A stretch of 62,934 bases of DNA, filler included, from Thermodesulfobacteriota bacterium (GTDB lineage: Bacteria; DASVDK01): assembly GCA_036381125.1 (NCBI GenBank). It is 4 parts of 4 records of this genome, joined end to end, with 100 filler letters (N's around TTAATTAATTAA, not from the genome) between each part and the next. Parts side by side here need not be neighbours in the genome. Positions count along the whole stretch, not along the records: positions 53,023 to 62,934 come from DASVDK010000172.1; 3 more parts are not named here. One strand, 5' to 3'. A program made the position numbers and the translations under genes. The notes beneath the pieces were generated by a model. The model saw only the letters and a list, made by a program, of their open reading frames with translations, searched no databases and was not told the DNA's origin. This document shows positions 62,569-62,934 of this stretch, piece by piece; position 1 is the first letter of the stretch, and every line of letters begins with the position of its first letter.

Positions 62569-62934
62569 ATGCGGTGCCCGTTCTGCCAGCACCTCGACGA
62601 CAAGGTCATCGATTCCCGCCTCGCTCGCGACGGCGACGTGATCCGCCGCCGCCGCGAGTGCCTCAAGTGCGAGAAGCGCTTCACGACGTACGAGCGGGTC
62701 GAGGAGGTCATGCCGCAGGTCGTCAAGAAGGACGGCCGGCGCGAGGCGTTCGACCGGCAGAAGATCGTGGCCGGCATCCAGCGCGCCTGCGAGAAGCGCC
62801 CCGTCTCGGCAGACGCCGTCGAGGAGGTGGTCCGACGCATCGAGGCCGAGCTGACCGATTCGGGCGAGCGGGAGATCCCCTCGTCGCGGATCGGCGAGAA
62901 GGTGATGGCCGCCCTGAAGGGCCTCGACGAGGTG
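62569..62934 (+). CDS. nrdR: Transcriptional repressor NrdR (3'-truncated by the window end)
   Basis: [32 protein letters not shown] cone VVKKDGRRE. Confidence 0.95.
   Translation, partial: MRCPFCQHLDDKVIDSRLARDGDVIRRRRECLKCEKRFTTYERVEEVMPQVVKKDGRREAFDRQKIVAGIQRACEKRPVSADAVEEVVRRIEAELTDSGEREIPSSRIGEKVMAALKGLDEV

Overview
Very GC-rich diderm bacterial DNA. Gene order and sigma54 use resemble the former Deltaproteobacteria, but this taxonomy is inference. The window is four contigs joined by artificial 100-nt N/TTAATTAATTAA spacers (15061-15160, 34488-34587, 52923-53022), so adjacency across these joins is meaningless. Contig 1: mutS2-dnaG-rpoD-tRNA(CAT)-zinc ribbon protein-RNase HI, then an accessory signal-peptide mini-Rhs/alpha-beta-hydrolase toxin with a candidate immunity gene (split at a G7 tract), enoyl-CoA hydratase, an RNase P RNA with two extra helices, a GT-C-like membrane protein, an A-type Fe-S carrier, and mraZ-rsmH. 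Contig 2: a divergent ebo cluster (eboD,E / eboA,B,F) with a secreted PQQ-type beta-propeller dehydrogenase and a cytochrome c embedded in it, ferredoxin, a GlcD-like oxidase, a candidate sigma54-driven anti-SD sRNA/antiterminator before yihA, an ECF/anti-sigma pair, lgt, mce, and a B12 uptake locus with two related cobalamin riboswitches. Contig 3: receiver protein, output-less Cache-type sensor, secreted Gly/Ser repeat protein, hsp20-lon, GAF-GGDEF, and a 7-gene MoxR/DUF58/BatA-vWA/DUF4159/DUF4175 cluster with a Tat metallopeptidase. Contig 4: gltX, yceD-rpmF-plsX-fabH-fabD-fabG-acpP-fabF, glyA (one in-frame TAA, probably a consensus error) and nrdR. A ~115-bp hairpin repeat occurs in two different contigs. 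No CRISPR array, transposase or rRNA was seen. All calls come from reading motifs by eye; no searches were run.
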